Shown here piece after piece: positions 1-9,124 of a stretch of DNA of 64,000 nucleotides. A model generated the notes under the pieces. It saw only the letters and a program-made list of their open reading frames with translations, ran no database searches and was not told the DNA's origin. Both the position numbers and the translations under genes were made by a program. Every line of letters begins with the position of its first letter. Positions within the stretch are counted from its first letter, which is position 1. This DNA comes from Polyangiaceae bacterium. Its GTDB lineage: Bacteria; Myxococcota_A; Polyangia; Polyangiales; Polyangiaceae. The stretch lies in NCBI GenBank assembly GCA_033763455.1, contig JANRKO010000007.1:25072-89071 (forward strand), written 5' to 3'.

Positions 1-327
1 ACGGCTTGGAGTTGCCTTGAAGAACAGCTCAGGGCGTTCGGCCTTGTAAACGCGGTCGTAGAAATCCGCTCCGCCAGAGTCCTGTGACTCCTCCATGCGT
101 GCCGAGCGGCTGCGAAAATACGTAACGCCTGCGGCCCAAACCTCCTGGCTCCCGATCAATTGAGTGAGTACTACGCTCTCGGACAGCGGCGTTCCAGCAA
201 CTGCTTTTTTTGCAATGTTCATCAAATCAGAGTGATTGAACAGCGCATCAAATGACAAATCAGGAGCCGCAAAATAGGCGCCATTGTTCTGGAAGACGGG
301 GCCGCGTGTGGAATTGCAGAGTAACAT
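1..327 (-). CDS. Fumarylacetoacetate hydrolase family protein (2-keto-3-deoxy-pentonate dehydratase KdaD/XylX-like), 5' part; runs off the window edge
   Basis: Hand-translated, absent from the ORF track: MLLCNSTRG...[21 protein letters not shown]...[25 protein letters not shown] upstream of ATG at 327. Confidence 0.85.
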   Translation of the reverse strand, partial: MLLCNSTRGPVFQNNGAYFAAPDLSFDALFNHSDLMNIAKKAVAGTPLSESVVLTQLIGSQEVWAAGVTYFRSRSARMEESQDSGGADFYDRVYKAERPELFFKATPSR

Positions 328-603
328 CGGTAGGTTCTCCAAAGTGGGAGCGAAAGGGGCGGCTGTTTTACGACCAAAGGCCCTGGGAAGCTACCGTTCC
401 CGCCTGGGCCCCCGTGGACGGCAGGAGAAGTGCGTGATCGGCGTGAATAGGCCTGCCTAAGAGCTCAATCGGTGCGGGTTGCGAGAGGTCAGAGTCGCAC
501 GGCGTGGTGTCGCTTGGCTCAGAGGCGAGGCCGGCGCTAGGCTTGGCTGAATGCCGGGCTAGAGCGGCGGTGGTGGGCACAGCAGCGCTTGGCTTCGGTG
601 AAC

Positions 604-1608
604 TCAGGGTGAGCCAGTGGGCCCTTGGCGTCTAAATGGCTCATCCAAGCGAAGCAATTGTAGGTTCACGAGTGCCACGCGTTCTGCGGGCTTGGATGCT
701 TCGATAATGCGGCGCAGCTCGTGATAGTAGGCAATGTGGAGTTCGCGTAGCCGCTCCCAATCAGCCTCGGATACAGTAAAAAGGTTGTACGAAAATAGAT
801 CGTGCTTGTTGGATTCGAGCTCCGGCAAACGGCTATTGCCAACGCTCGCCCAGTGCGCTTTCAGCTGCCTACCCGCACCAGGATCACGCCGCGTGTCGAT
901 GGTCGAAATATCGAGCGCCACCCAGAGCCCCGCCTTCTTTCGAATCAACTTAGAAGCCGAGAGTGCGCGCAGGCAGCGCTCTTCCTCGGAAAGGCTGATT
1001 CCGAGGCGCTCAGCGATAAAGCTCGGTTGATGGCGCAGAAGCTTCTTGTAGCTCGTGAGTTCCAATACGCGAAGAACAGCGTGGCTCCATGGCAGCCCAT
1101 ACGCAACCTCACGTTGCGCTTCAAGGATGGACCAAGCGCGCTCAGCTTCTGGCAAGCGCTTTACATCCACCAGCAGGGCCAAAAAATCCAACACGCGCAG
1201 AGAAGCTGCGTCGATGAATCTCAGAAAGTCAGGAAGGCGTGGTTCAGCCTGCCCAAGTATCCAGCGCCCGACGCTCACTCGCCCTCTCCCCATCCCGCGC
1301 GCAAGCTCGACGATACTGCGCCCCTGTTGCAAGTGCTTCAAGAATAACGCAATGGTCATCGGATCGCTGAAGGCTTTGCCGGTGAGCGCCTCGGGCAAGG
1401 TTCCCACGAACTCGCGCACCACTTCCGTGGGGTTCACGTCCAAGCGTTCCAGAAGTTCGAAGAACACCGCCGCCGTCGGAAACCTGCGACCGGATTCCCA
1501 GGTGTAGACCACGTTGCAACCGTAATGAAGGCGTCGACTGAGGGCGACCTGGGAGCGCCGGCCCCGCAGAGCGCGGATGAGCTCACTGGCTAGGGTTTCG
1601 TAGTTCAA
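604..1608 (-). CDS. XRE-type HTH / DUF4423-like domain putative transcriptional regulator
   Basis: Two HTH-like segments (RSQVALSRRL..VYTWESGRRFP; SIVELARGMGRGRVSVGRW); C-terminal HAVLRVLEL...FSYNLFTVSEADWERLRELHIAYY typical of DUF4423 proteins. Confidence 0.7.
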   Translation of the reverse strand: MNYETLASELIRALRGRRSQVALSRRLHYGCNVVYTWESGRRFPTAAVFFELLERLDVNPTEVVREFVGTLPEALTGKAFSDPMTIALFLKHLQQGRSIVELARGMGRGRVSVGRWILGQAEPRLPDFLRFIDAASLRVLDFLALLVDVKRLPEAERAWSILEAQREVAYGLPWSHAVLRVLELTSYKKLLRHQPSFIAERLGISLSEEERCLRALSASKLIRKKAGLWVALDISTIDTRRDPGAGRQLKAHWASVGNSRLPELESNKHDLFSYNLFTVSEADWERLRELHIAYYHELRRIIEASKPAERVALVNLQLLRLDEPFRRQGPTGSP

Positions 1609-1702
1609 ATCTAACGGAAGAGTACTTCCAAGACCTCTTCTGCACCAGCATATGTTCTAAACTGTACTGGTAGCGGGCGCCGGGAAGCTGCATGATGGGA
1701 GC

Positions 1703-2566
1703 ATGTGGAAGGCGCTCCGGACAGCAATTGCCCTTGTGCTGGTGGGCTGTGTGGGCGCTTGCTCTTCGCAGGTTGACGCAGGCCGCTCCGGCCGAGATCC
1801 GTATGGAGGTCAGACGGGTTCACTCGTTCCCGAATGTGGCGTTGCGCCCTTGTCGCAGAAGGCAAGCTCCAAGGTTCCGGCCGGCGACGGAGCGTTCGTC
1901 CTTTATTCCTCGTCATGCCGAGCGAGTCAGCCTCCGGCGTTCGAGCTGCGCGACGCAACGGGCGCGCTGGTGACTCATCACGTGGAACCGCTGGATGACG
2001 GCGTGTATCTGGTGCGCACGGACGTGGCACTTTTGCCCGGAAGCTACAGCGCAACGCCTGTCCCCCAAAGCAGCTCGGCGCCTGTAGCTGGGGCGGCCAC
2101 CATTACCGTTGGGGCTCCTTCGCCACTGCCGACCCAGCTTGGGACTCTGAAGGTTATATCAGAGAAGGATACCTGCGGCGGTATTGAGCTGGAGCTCACG
2201 CTCGACGAAGCTGCGTTAGCGTACGCTCCTCTCCTTCGGCTCCTTGTGAGTATCGATGCGGGAGCTCCCAAGGTGTGGGTGGACTACGGAACGCTCCCCG
2301 TTCAAAACGGGAAAGCTTGGCTCCGGCTGCCTCGCTGTTTTGATGGCTGCCGCAGCAACGGCGCGCATCAGCTCAGCGTCGTAGGCACAATTGCTGGAGA
2401 GATGGCTCCGCTGCCCCCCGTGAAGGTGGATTTCACGGACGCTTGCTGGCCCGAGGAAAGTGCTTGCGCTTTCCAGATGCCCGCTCCAACTCTCCCCAAA
2501 GCACTGCTCTTGCCTTTAGCTCTTTCCGTGTTGCTCGCGTTCGCTCGTCGGCGCCGCACGCGTTAA
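1703..2566 (+). CDS. Lipoprotein with MYXO-CTERM-like C-terminal sorting tail
   Basis: N-terminal lipobox LVGCVGAC; C-terminus SACAFQMPAP-hydrophobic helix-RRRRTR. Confidence 0.65.
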   Translation: MWKALRTAIALVLVGCVGACSSQVDAGRSGRDPYGGQTGSLVPECGVAPLSQKASSKVPAGDGAFVLYSSSCRASQPPAFELRDATGALVTHHVEPLDDGVYLVRTDVALLPGSYSATPVPQSSSAPVAGAATITVGAPSPLPTQLGTLKVISEKDTCGGIELELTLDEAALAYAPLLRLLVSIDAGAPKVWVDYGTLPVQNGKAWLRLPRCFDGCRSNGAHQLSVVGTIAGEMAPLPPVKVDFTDACWPEESACAFQMPAPTLPKALLLPLALSVLLAFARRRRTR

Positions 2567-2636
2567 CTCTCGTTCATCTCTTAACATCAAAAGGCCTGCA
2601 AGCTGCACTCGTGCAGCTTGCAGGGAGGATAGTGTC

Positions 2637-4304
2637 ATGTCTCAAGCTCATCAACGATTAACAGTATTTGCTCGGACCTTCGGTCTGTGGGTGCAAGTGT
2701 GGCTCATGAGCGTTGCCACGCTGCTATTTTCGGCGTGTTCTTCAAGCGTCGATAGCGCTTCGGGGGCTGGTTATTCGGCACCCTTTCCTGGCTCCACCTC
2801 GCCCGTTTCCAATCCAAGCAGCGAGAACGGCAGTGTGCTCGTTCCCGGCGGCACCAATATCAATCTTGGCGGCTCACAAGACTTTGGATTCTTCCGAGGG
2901 CAACTGAACTCCGGAATAGTTCCTACGTCAGAGGCTCTGGATGCAGCAGGATTCTTTGCCGAGCATCACCACGAACTGCCGCCGCCTAGCTGTGGAAACC
3001 GGATCTGCCTGCAACCCATGCTGGCCGTGATGGGCAACCTATCCGATGGCGCCAACTGCACCATGTTGCATCTGGGGCTCAATTCCCCGATTGTGGCCGA
3101 CCCCGCGCACCGGCCGCCACTCTCTTTGGCAGTTGTGGTCGATGTTTCCGGATCGATGAGTGGAGCGAAGCTCGAATACGTCAAACAAGGGCTTTCCGTG
3201 CTGATCGACAAGATGCGCGATGGAGATCGCTTGGCGCTCATTACCTACAGTGATTCTGCAACCACCATCGCACCGATGGCACCCGTTGAACTTCAACGCG
3301 TAACCCTTCGCGAACAGATTGCCAAGCTCTACGCGACGGGCGGCACTAACATCGCTTTGGGCCTGGAAACTGGCTATCACGCGGTTCTTCAGAACTTGGA
3401 TGGGGCTCGGCAAAATCGAGTCATCCTGTTGAGCGATGGTGTTCCCACGGTGGGCGTGACGGACACGCCGAGCATTATTCAGATGAGCCGGGGGTATAAC
3501 GGCGAAGGGATCGGCATCACCACGATTGGGCTCGGTGCCGATTTTAATGTCGACCTCATGCGAAACCTGGCGCTTCAAGCAGATGGGAACTTCTACTTTT
3601 TGGAGAACACCGGTGCCGTGAAGGAAGTATTCGAAGAGGAAGTGGATTTCTTTTCCGTGCCCGTGGCTTTCGATCTTTCGCTGCGTCTCAAGACCGGAGC
3701 ATCTTACAAATTCGGGCGTGCTGTTGGTTCGCCGTTCTTTAAGACCACGCCCGAAGGAGGTAGCCTAGATGTGCCTAGCGTATTCGTAGCTCACCGTACC
3801 TCGCACGCTGACGTTACGAACGAGAATGGCCGTCGTGGTGGGGGTTCAGCGCTGCTGGTGGAGCTTTTGCCTAGCATCGAAGGGCCCGCAACTTCCGAAG
3901 TAGAGGTGGCCCAGGTGGAGATCTCTTTTCGTGAACCCGGAACCAATCGTGTCGTCACCGACGTAGTCAGTATCAAATACCCGTATTCGCCGACTTACCT
4001 TGCTTCTACAGGGTATTTTCAGGCGCAGAATACCCCCGCAATTCAGAAGAGCTTCGTGATGCTCAATATTCTCGCAGGCATGGAGCGTGCGATATTAGCC
4101 TTTCATTCCGGCAGAGCTAACGAAAATACAATCCGTGAGCTCGACCAATTGATGGCAGCGGTGGTTGATTACAATGAAGAAGTCGCGGACGTTGACATCC
4201 AGCTTGATTACGAGCTCCTAGTGCAACTTCGCGCCAACTTGCTGCGAGCTGGCGTGCGTGCTCCGGCACCGAGCCCATTCCCCAACGCGTGGCCCGCAGA
4301 TTAA
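2637..4304 (+). CDS. VWA-domain lipoprotein (YfbK-like)
   Basis: Lipobox LFSAC; MIDAS DVSGS, GGTN, LSDG; GGAGG upstream. Confidence 0.85.
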   Translation: MSQAHQRLTVFARTFGLWVQVWLMSVATLLFSACSSSVDSASGAGYSAPFPGSTSPVSNPSSENGSVLVPGGTNINLGGSQDFGFFRGQLNSGIVPTSEALDAAGFFAEHHHELPPPSCGNRICLQPMLAVMGNLSDGANCTMLHLGLNSPIVADPAHRPPLSLAVVVDVSGSMSGAKLEYVKQGLSVLIDKMRDGDRLALITYSDSATTIAPMAPVELQRVTLREQIAKLYATGGTNIALGLETGYHAVLQNLDGARQNRVILLSDGVPTVGVTDTPSIIQMSRGYNGEGIGITTIGLGADFNVDLMRNLALQADGNFYFLENTGAVKEVFEEEVDFFSVPVAFDLSLRLKTGASYKFGRAVGSPFFKTTPEGGSLDVPSVFVAHRTSHADVTNENGRRGGGSALLVELLPSIEGPATSEVEVAQVEISFREPGTNRVVTDVVSIKYPYSPTYLASTGYFQAQNTPAIQKSFVMLNILAGMERAILAFHSGRANENTIRELDQLMAAVVDYNEEVADVDIQLDYELLVQLRANLLRAGVRAPAPSPFPNAWPAD

Positions 4305-4335
4305 TATCCCCACGCTCTCGCAAAGGCGAATACTT

Positions 4336-5043
4336 ATGAAACACTACTTATCGGGTCTCGTTATTGTTCTATTCACTGGCACAGCGCCCACCGCGTTCGC
4401 ACAACCCAGCCCTGGCCACGCACAGCCCACCGCGTTCGCACAACCCACCGCCGGCCTTACACAACCCTTAGAGGCACCACCGCCGAGAGTCCCGAGTGGC
4501 TTCTTTCTGCGGCTGTCGCTCGGGCCAACCTACGGTAGCGCTAACGATCACGTGTCGGTTGTCGGAACTGAAAGGAGTCTTGATCTGAAGATAACCGGCA
4601 CAGGTGCGAAATTCGGAGTGCACCTCGGCGGCACACCGTTACCGGGTTTGGTGATGGGCGGAGCGCTGGTGGGGAACACTCTGGTCGATCCGGATGTGGA
4701 ATTTGAAGGTCAGTCCATGCAAGCTACCAACACGGTATTGGATCTTACCAGCTTGGATGCCTTCGTGATCTACTATCCGCGCCCGGGTGGGCCCTTTCAC
4801 TTACAAGGTTCAGTTGGCTTCGGTACTGCGACAGCCGAGGTCGATGGCACACGCAACGATGCGTCGGCGGACGGAGTGGTCCTTGGCGCCGGCCTCGGAG
4901 GGGATTGGCCAATTAGCACCTTTTGGCGCGCCGGAGTTTTCGGCGGAGCTCGCTATGCACAGCTCTCAAACAACGAAAGTGGCGTCGATGAGCGCCTCAC
5001 CATTTGGTATCCGTCCGTGGAGGTTACGTTTACGTACCACTGA
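4336..5043 (+). CDS. Exported outer-membrane beta-barrel protein
   Basis: Signal peptide MKHYLSGLVIVLF..AFA; alternating strands; ends VEVTFTYH; start moved to ATG 4336. Confidence 0.65.
   Translation: MKHYLSGLVIVLFTGTAPTAFAQPSPGHAQPTAFAQPTAGLTQPLEAPPPRVPSGFFLRLSLGPTYGSANDHVSVVGTERSLDLKITGTGAKFGVHLGGTPLPGLVMGGALVGNTLVDPDVEFEGQSMQATNTVLDLTSLDAFVIYYPRPGGPFHLQGSVGFGTATAEVDGTRNDASADGVVLGAGLGGDWPISTFWRAGVFGGARYAQLSNNESGVDERLTIWYPSVEVTFTYH
4386..4447 (+). repeat. 23-bp direct repeat (PTAFAQP twice), 39-bp period
   Basis: gcccaccgcgttcgcacaaccca at 4386 and 4425. Confidence 0.85.
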
Positions 5044-5106
5044 AAGGTGTGAGGCGTTGCAGTTGGTTGTGCTCGGTGTTTGCTGGCCTGCCCGAACAGA
5101 GCGAAT

Positions 5107-5412
5107 TCAGCCGGTTCGCTTGAGCACTTCGACCTCACGAAGAAGCGTTGTTCCGAGACGATCCACCTCGACCTCTAGGTCAAAGGCGGCCTGGAGGTTG
5201 AGCCAGAAACGCGGGGAGTTGCGAAAGAAGCGAGCGAGCCGGAGAGCAGTATCAGCAGAAATCGCGCGCTTGCCGTGCACGATCTCGTTGATCCTGCGGG
5301 CGGGGACGTGAAGGCCTTTGGCAAGGCGATACTCAGTGAGCGCGAGTGGCTTAAGAAATTCCTCAGCGAGAATTTCGCCTGGATGAACTGGAGGAAGACG
5401 TTTACGAGTCAT
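5107..5412 (-). CDS. higA: HigA family antitoxin (HTH-XRE)
   Basis: HPGEILAEEFL..RINEIVHGKRAISADTALRLARFF..FWLNLQ. Confidence 0.95.
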   Translation of the reverse strand: MTRKRLPPVHPGEILAEEFLKPLALTEYRLAKGLHVPARRINEIVHGKRAISADTALRLARFFRNSPRFWLNLQAAFDLEVEVDRLGTTLLREVEVLKRTG

Positions 5413-5426
5413 GACGGCAAGTCCTT

Positions 5427-5708
5427 CTAGTGATAGTCGACGATCTCGACATCGTGAGCGTGGGAGTCAGCCCAGCGGAAACAGATGCGCCACTGGTCGT
5501 TGATTCGAATGCTATGCTGGCCGACGCGGTTGCCTGCGAGCTTCTCAAGGCGGTTAGCGGGAGGAACACGGAGATCGAGAAGACTGGTGGCAGCGTCCAG
5601 AATGAGTAACTTTCGGAGGGCAATGCGCTGCAAATCCAGGGAAAGACGGCGAATCCGTTGACGCTTGAAGAGGCGTTCGGCATCCGAGTCGCGAAAAGAG
5701 CATATCAC
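5427..5708 (-). CDS. higB: HigB (RelE/ParE family) toxin
   Basis: LDLRVPPANRLEKLAGNRVGQHSIRINDQWRICFRW..VEIVDYH; toxin-first order. Confidence 0.95.
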   Translation of the reverse strand: MICSFRDSDAERLFKRQRIRRLSLDLQRIALRKLLILDAATSLLDLRVPPANRLEKLAGNRVGQHSIRINDQWRICFRWADSHAHDVEIVDYH

Positions 5709-5710
5709 GC

Positions 5711-5743
5711 GAAGATAGTAACGCGACGCGTTACTATCTTCAA
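5711..5743 (-). promoter_or_regulatory. higBA promoter overlapped by a perfect 15-bp inverted repeat (putative HigA operator)
   Basis: gaagatagtaacgcg-a-cgcgttactatcttc (5711-5741); minus strand reads TTGAAG-17 nt-TACTAT-6 nt-GTG. Confidence 0.85.
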
Positions 5744-5860
5744 GGAGCTTCTGAGGCTACGTCCTCCGACGTGTGCAGTGGAGGCACCCAGGTCAGTCGT
5801 GTAATGACGTGATCGACCAGCGCTTCGACTAGCCTCGCCATTGAAGCTACTTTACCAACC

Positions 5861-6067
5861 ATGCGCAGACGAACTCGATCGCAGGCTACCACGCTGGTGC
5901 AGTGCCCGTTCTGCGGTGAAACTGATGAGCTCAGCGTGGATTTGGGCGGTGGCGAGAATCAGTCTTACACGGAAGATTGCGCGGTGTGCTGTCGGCCGCG
6001 CATAGTGCACGTTGAGCCGGGGGATGAACCCGGTGAAGTCAACGTGTGGCTTGAGCGCGAAGAGTGA
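5861..6067 (+). CDS. CPXCG motif-containing cysteine-rich protein
   Basis: CPFCGE...QSYTEDCAVCCRP. Confidence 0.9.
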   Translation: MRRRTRSQATTLVQCPFCGETDELSVDLGGGENQSYTEDCAVCCRPRIVHVEPGDEPGEVNVWLEREE

Positions 6068-6087
6068 AGGGGGGGCGCCTTTGGCCT

Positions 6088-6762
6088 CTAAAGCTCCACC
6101 TCAGCCGGAGCCAAAATCTTCGCGTCCGCACCAGCTAACAACTGCGGAAGCTCGACACTTTCCGTCTTCCACCCTCGGTGCCTCAAAACGCCGTGATACG
6201 GGGGCGCTCCGGCTACGTTGCCTGTTAACTTTACGCGCCGCGCTTCGGAGGCGTCCGACACCGTAATTCGCGCACCTTCCGCCTCCGTTCGCACGGGGGT
6301 TAGCTTAAAGTGCTCTGCGAGAGTTTTTTGGCAGCCGGCATGCACCACGCGCGCTACTTGGCCCACTTCAACGTCGGAAAACGGAGCGATGTCTTGCTGA
6401 GTGAAATCGAGGAAGCGACCGTTGCGTTGTAGGAGGCTGAGTAGGAGCAGGGCCGAGTTTGAGTCGGGGATGGTGGGTGCTGGTTTGGGCTCATCGGTTG
6501 CAGGTGCGGCCTTGGTTTCTGTGGTCGCTGCCGCCGGTGCTTCGTTGCGGCTGCCCGTGTGCCCCGCCGTTCGGTTGTGCGGTGCCGATCCTTCTCCGAG
6601 TTGTGGCTGAAGAGTTAGCTCGCGTACGGTGAGCGCCCAGGAAGCGTCGCGTAAGATTCGGAAGAAAGTGCTCCAGGCGAGCGCCAGGCGTGCGGAAAAT
6701 GATAGGGGTTCGGTCACAGCGGGCGGGAGTCTAGGCGAGCTTCGGATGCGATCCATAGGCAC
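6088..6762 (-). CDS. DUF2760 domain protein (start uncertain)
   Basis: LLSLLQRNGRFLDF..VARVVHAGC..LTGNVAGAPPYHGVLRHRGW..APAEVEL. Confidence 0.85.
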   Translation of the reverse strand: MPMDRIRSSPRLPPAVTEPLSFSARLALAWSTFFRILRDASWALTVRELTLQPQLGEGSAPHNRTAGHTGSRNEAPAAATTETKAAPATDEPKPAPTIPDSNSALLLLSLLQRNGRFLDFTQQDIAPFSDVEVGQVARVVHAGCQKTLAEHFKLTPVRTEAEGARITVSDASEARRVKLTGNVAGAPPYHGVLRHRGWKTESVELPQLLAGADAKILAPAEVEL

Positions 6763-6818
6763 CTGCCGGATAGGCGGATTGCGCCGCCCAATTCCTTCCC
6801 ACCCCCGCCCTCAGTAAC

Positions 6819-7961
6819 ATGCCGCCCATGCTTGCCCTCTCCCGAATTCTCTCGCAGTTGGATGCATTGGCGCCACTCGCTTTGGCGGAACCCTGGGACA
6901 ACGTGGGGCTCTTGTTGGAGCCACCGCGCTTCCGCAGCGATGCGGCCGAGGTGGAGCAGGCGCTGCTCACCATTGATCTGACGCCCGCTGTGCTCGAGGA
7001 GGCGGTTGCGGCCAAGGCTGATCTAATTATAGCTTATCACCCGCCGATTTTTTCTGGCCAAAAGCGTCTTACCTTCCAAAACCCCACGCAAGCTCTAGTT
7101 CTCTCGGCGCTCGAAGCCGGCATCGCAATCTATTCGCCCCACACGGCGCTCGATGCAGCAGCAGGGGGTATGAATGATTGGTTAGCGGCGGGGGCTGGTG
7201 CGGGCCACATGGCAGCTCTTTTGCCAAGCGACCAGGGGAGGCCTCGCTACAAGCTGATTGTGTTTGTGCCCGAGGAAAACGCTGAGGCTCTGCGCTCTGC
7301 ACTCTGCAAACATCCGTCATTGGCGCACATCGGTGAGTACTCTGAGTGCACTTTTGCATCAACTGGGGAAGGAACGTTTCTCGGCTCCGAGCAATCCAAT
7401 CCGGTACTAGGCGAACGTGGCAGCCTCACGCGCGTGCGCGAAGTGCGTCTCGAAATGTTGTGCGAACAGGCAGCAATAGCCTTAATTCCGGGACTTCTGA
7501 AGCAGCACCACCCGTATGAAGAGCCCGCTTGGGAAGTGCAACGATTAGAGCCGTTAGTGGATGTTGCGGTGGGCATGGGGCGCTCACTTTTGCTCACCAC
7601 ACCAGCTCCGCTCAACGAATTGGTGCAGCGCTACAAAGAACACCTGGGCGTTCCGTTCTTGCGGGTGGCCGCGAGCTCAGCGCATGAGCGGGGAGTTGCC
7701 ATTCAGCGAATTCATGTGTGTGCGGGCTCAGGTGGAGAGGTGTTTCAGAAAGCTTCGCCCGCTGATCTCTATGTTACGGGTGAGCTTCGGCATCACGACA
7801 TTCTGGCGCTGGTGGCTCGTGGAGCTAGCGTAATCGTATCGGACCACAGCAACAGTGAACGCGGTTACCTGCCCAATTACCGGAGGCGAATCTTGGAGAA
7901 CCTTCCTGAGCTACGTGTACTGATCTCGGAAAGCGATAGGGATCCGTTGCGTGTGGTGTGA
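6819..7961 (+). CDS. Nif3-like dinuclear metal centre protein (DUF34/YbgI family) with PII-like insert; start may be 6828
   Basis: WDNVGLL, YHPPIF, HTALD, HPYEEPA, GELRHH, HSNSE. Confidence 0.92.
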   Translation: MPPMLALSRILSQLDALAPLALAEPWDNVGLLLEPPRFRSDAAEVEQALLTIDLTPAVLEEAVAAKADLIIAYHPPIFSGQKRLTFQNPTQALVLSALEAGIAIYSPHTALDAAAGGMNDWLAAGAGAGHMAALLPSDQGRPRYKLIVFVPEENAEALRSALCKHPSLAHIGEYSECTFASTGEGTFLGSEQSNPVLGERGSLTRVREVRLEMLCEQAAIALIPGLLKQHHPYEEPAWEVQRLEPLVDVAVGMGRSLLLTTPAPLNELVQRYKEHLGVPFLRVAASSAHERGVAIQRIHVCAGSGGEVFQKASPADLYVTGELRHHDILALVARGASVIVSDHSNSERGYLPNYRRRILENLPELRVLISESDRDPLRVV

Positions 7962-8004
7962 GCTTGCGGAAAAGCTCGGCAGACCAGCACTCGCACTAAT
8001 CCCT

Positions 8005-8490
8005 CTAGCCCAGGCCTAACAGCATAAGAGACGGTTGGTGGGGCGACTCAACGAAGCCATGGTGGACGTAGAAGGCCTTCGCCCCGGCGTCGATGGCGTG
8101 GCACACCAGCGCGCGGACTCCGATGAGCTCGCTAGCCTGAAGGGCGCGCAAGACAGCATCTTTGAGCAGCCCCGCGCCGATGCCGCGCCCCGTCCAGCCT
8201 TGGTGCACCGCAAGCCTACCGAGAACAATGCAGGGGATCGGATCCGGCATGTTGCGCCGCACCCGACCAGGAGCGACTGCGACAGCTATGGACCCTGCGG
8301 CTAGTGCGTAATAGCCGACGACCTGCCGCTTGGGAGCGCACACGACATAGGTGCGTGACGCACCGGCGACTGAGTTTGCTAGGGCGCGGCGAGTCAGCCA
8401 TTGGCTGAGCGAATCGTTGGAACAGACGAAGCCCGCAACATTGTGCTCGGATGTCAGCGGCTCGGGTGACGACAACGCCGCCGTGATCAT
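8005..8490 (-). CDS. GNAT acetyltransferase toxin (TacT/AtaT-like)
   Basis: GYYALAAG..RRNMPDPIPCIVLGRLAV..GRGIGAGLL..AKAFYVHHGF; overlaps the stop of the DUF1778 gene. Confidence 0.92.
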   Translation of the reverse strand: MITAALSSPEPLTSEHNVAGFVCSNDSLSQWLTRRALANSVAGASRTYVVCAPKRQVVGYYALAAGSIAVAVAPGRVRRNMPDPIPCIVLGRLAVHQGWTGRGIGAGLLKDAVLRALQASELIGVRALVCHAIDAGAKAFYVHHGFVESPHQPSLMLLGLG

Positions 8491-8759
8491 TTATCCCAAG
8501 GCGCTCTACGAGCCAGCAGACTTTTGATGGCTGGATTGTTCGAAAGCGGGGCCTTCATCAGGGCTTCGAACTTCGCGTATTGAGCGGGAGAGACTGTAAA
8601 GAGAACCTGGTCCAGCAGCACCTGCTGGGCTTTCTCTCGCGAGGCCTCCAGCATGAACTCAGTTCGGCTCTTGCCCTGCAGTTCTGCGGCACGGTCAATC
8701 AGAGCGCGCTGGGCCTTGGGAGTTCGTAGATTGATGACGGTCGAGCTCGAAGCAGCCAT
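8487..8759 (-). CDS. DUF1778 ribbon-helix-helix antitoxin (TacA/AtaR-like)
   Basis: INLR..ALIDRAAELQGKSRTEFMLEAS..VLLDQ..LLARRAPW. Confidence 0.92.
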   Translation of the reverse strand: MAASSSTVINLRTPKAQRALIDRAAELQGKSRTEFMLEASREKAQQVLLDQVLFTVSPAQYAKFEALMKAPLSNNPAIKSLLARRAPWDK

Positions 8760-8768
8760 AACTTGAGT

Positions 8769-8800
8769 AGCTTAGCAGCTGTATGGACGTTGTCCACACA
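8769..8800 (-). promoter_or_regulatory. Promoter/operator of the DUF1778-GNAT operon
   Basis: Imperfect palindrome tgtatggac-gtt-gtccacaca (8780-8800); minus strand TGGACA-16 nt-TAAGCT, 9 nt before ATG. Confidence 0.55.
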
Positions 8801-9124
8801 AGCAAAGTGGGGAGCGTGGCGCCAGGCGCCGCCCATGACTGAGCCGCGCGAGATCGTAGCCGAAACGGCGGGAGCCAAGCGTCGAAGTGGGTCATGCGCT
8901 GGAGTGATGCTGCTGCCAGCTTCAACAACATCCAGGTGACGTTTCCTCCGCTTTGAACGTGGGGTTGTCAGCTTCCCAAAAGGGTAAACCCTAGATGCGC
9001 CAGCCAACACGCTGTCCAACACGCTGACTCCCCGTGGATCAGCGGGGTATTGTCTTGAGTTTGCGCCTTCAACTTTCCTGGGAGTGCCTTACTAGGCGCC
9101 GCCAGCCGGGCTAAGCTCCGCGAC

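Noticed and set aside
368..580. 70-aa minus-strand ORF between the FAH and DUF4423 genes
   Set aside because: No recognisable motif or start signal; cannot be supported
8695..9022. Short ORFs upstream of the DUF1778 antitoxin
   Set aside because: They overlap the antitoxin and its promoter, with no protein-like features
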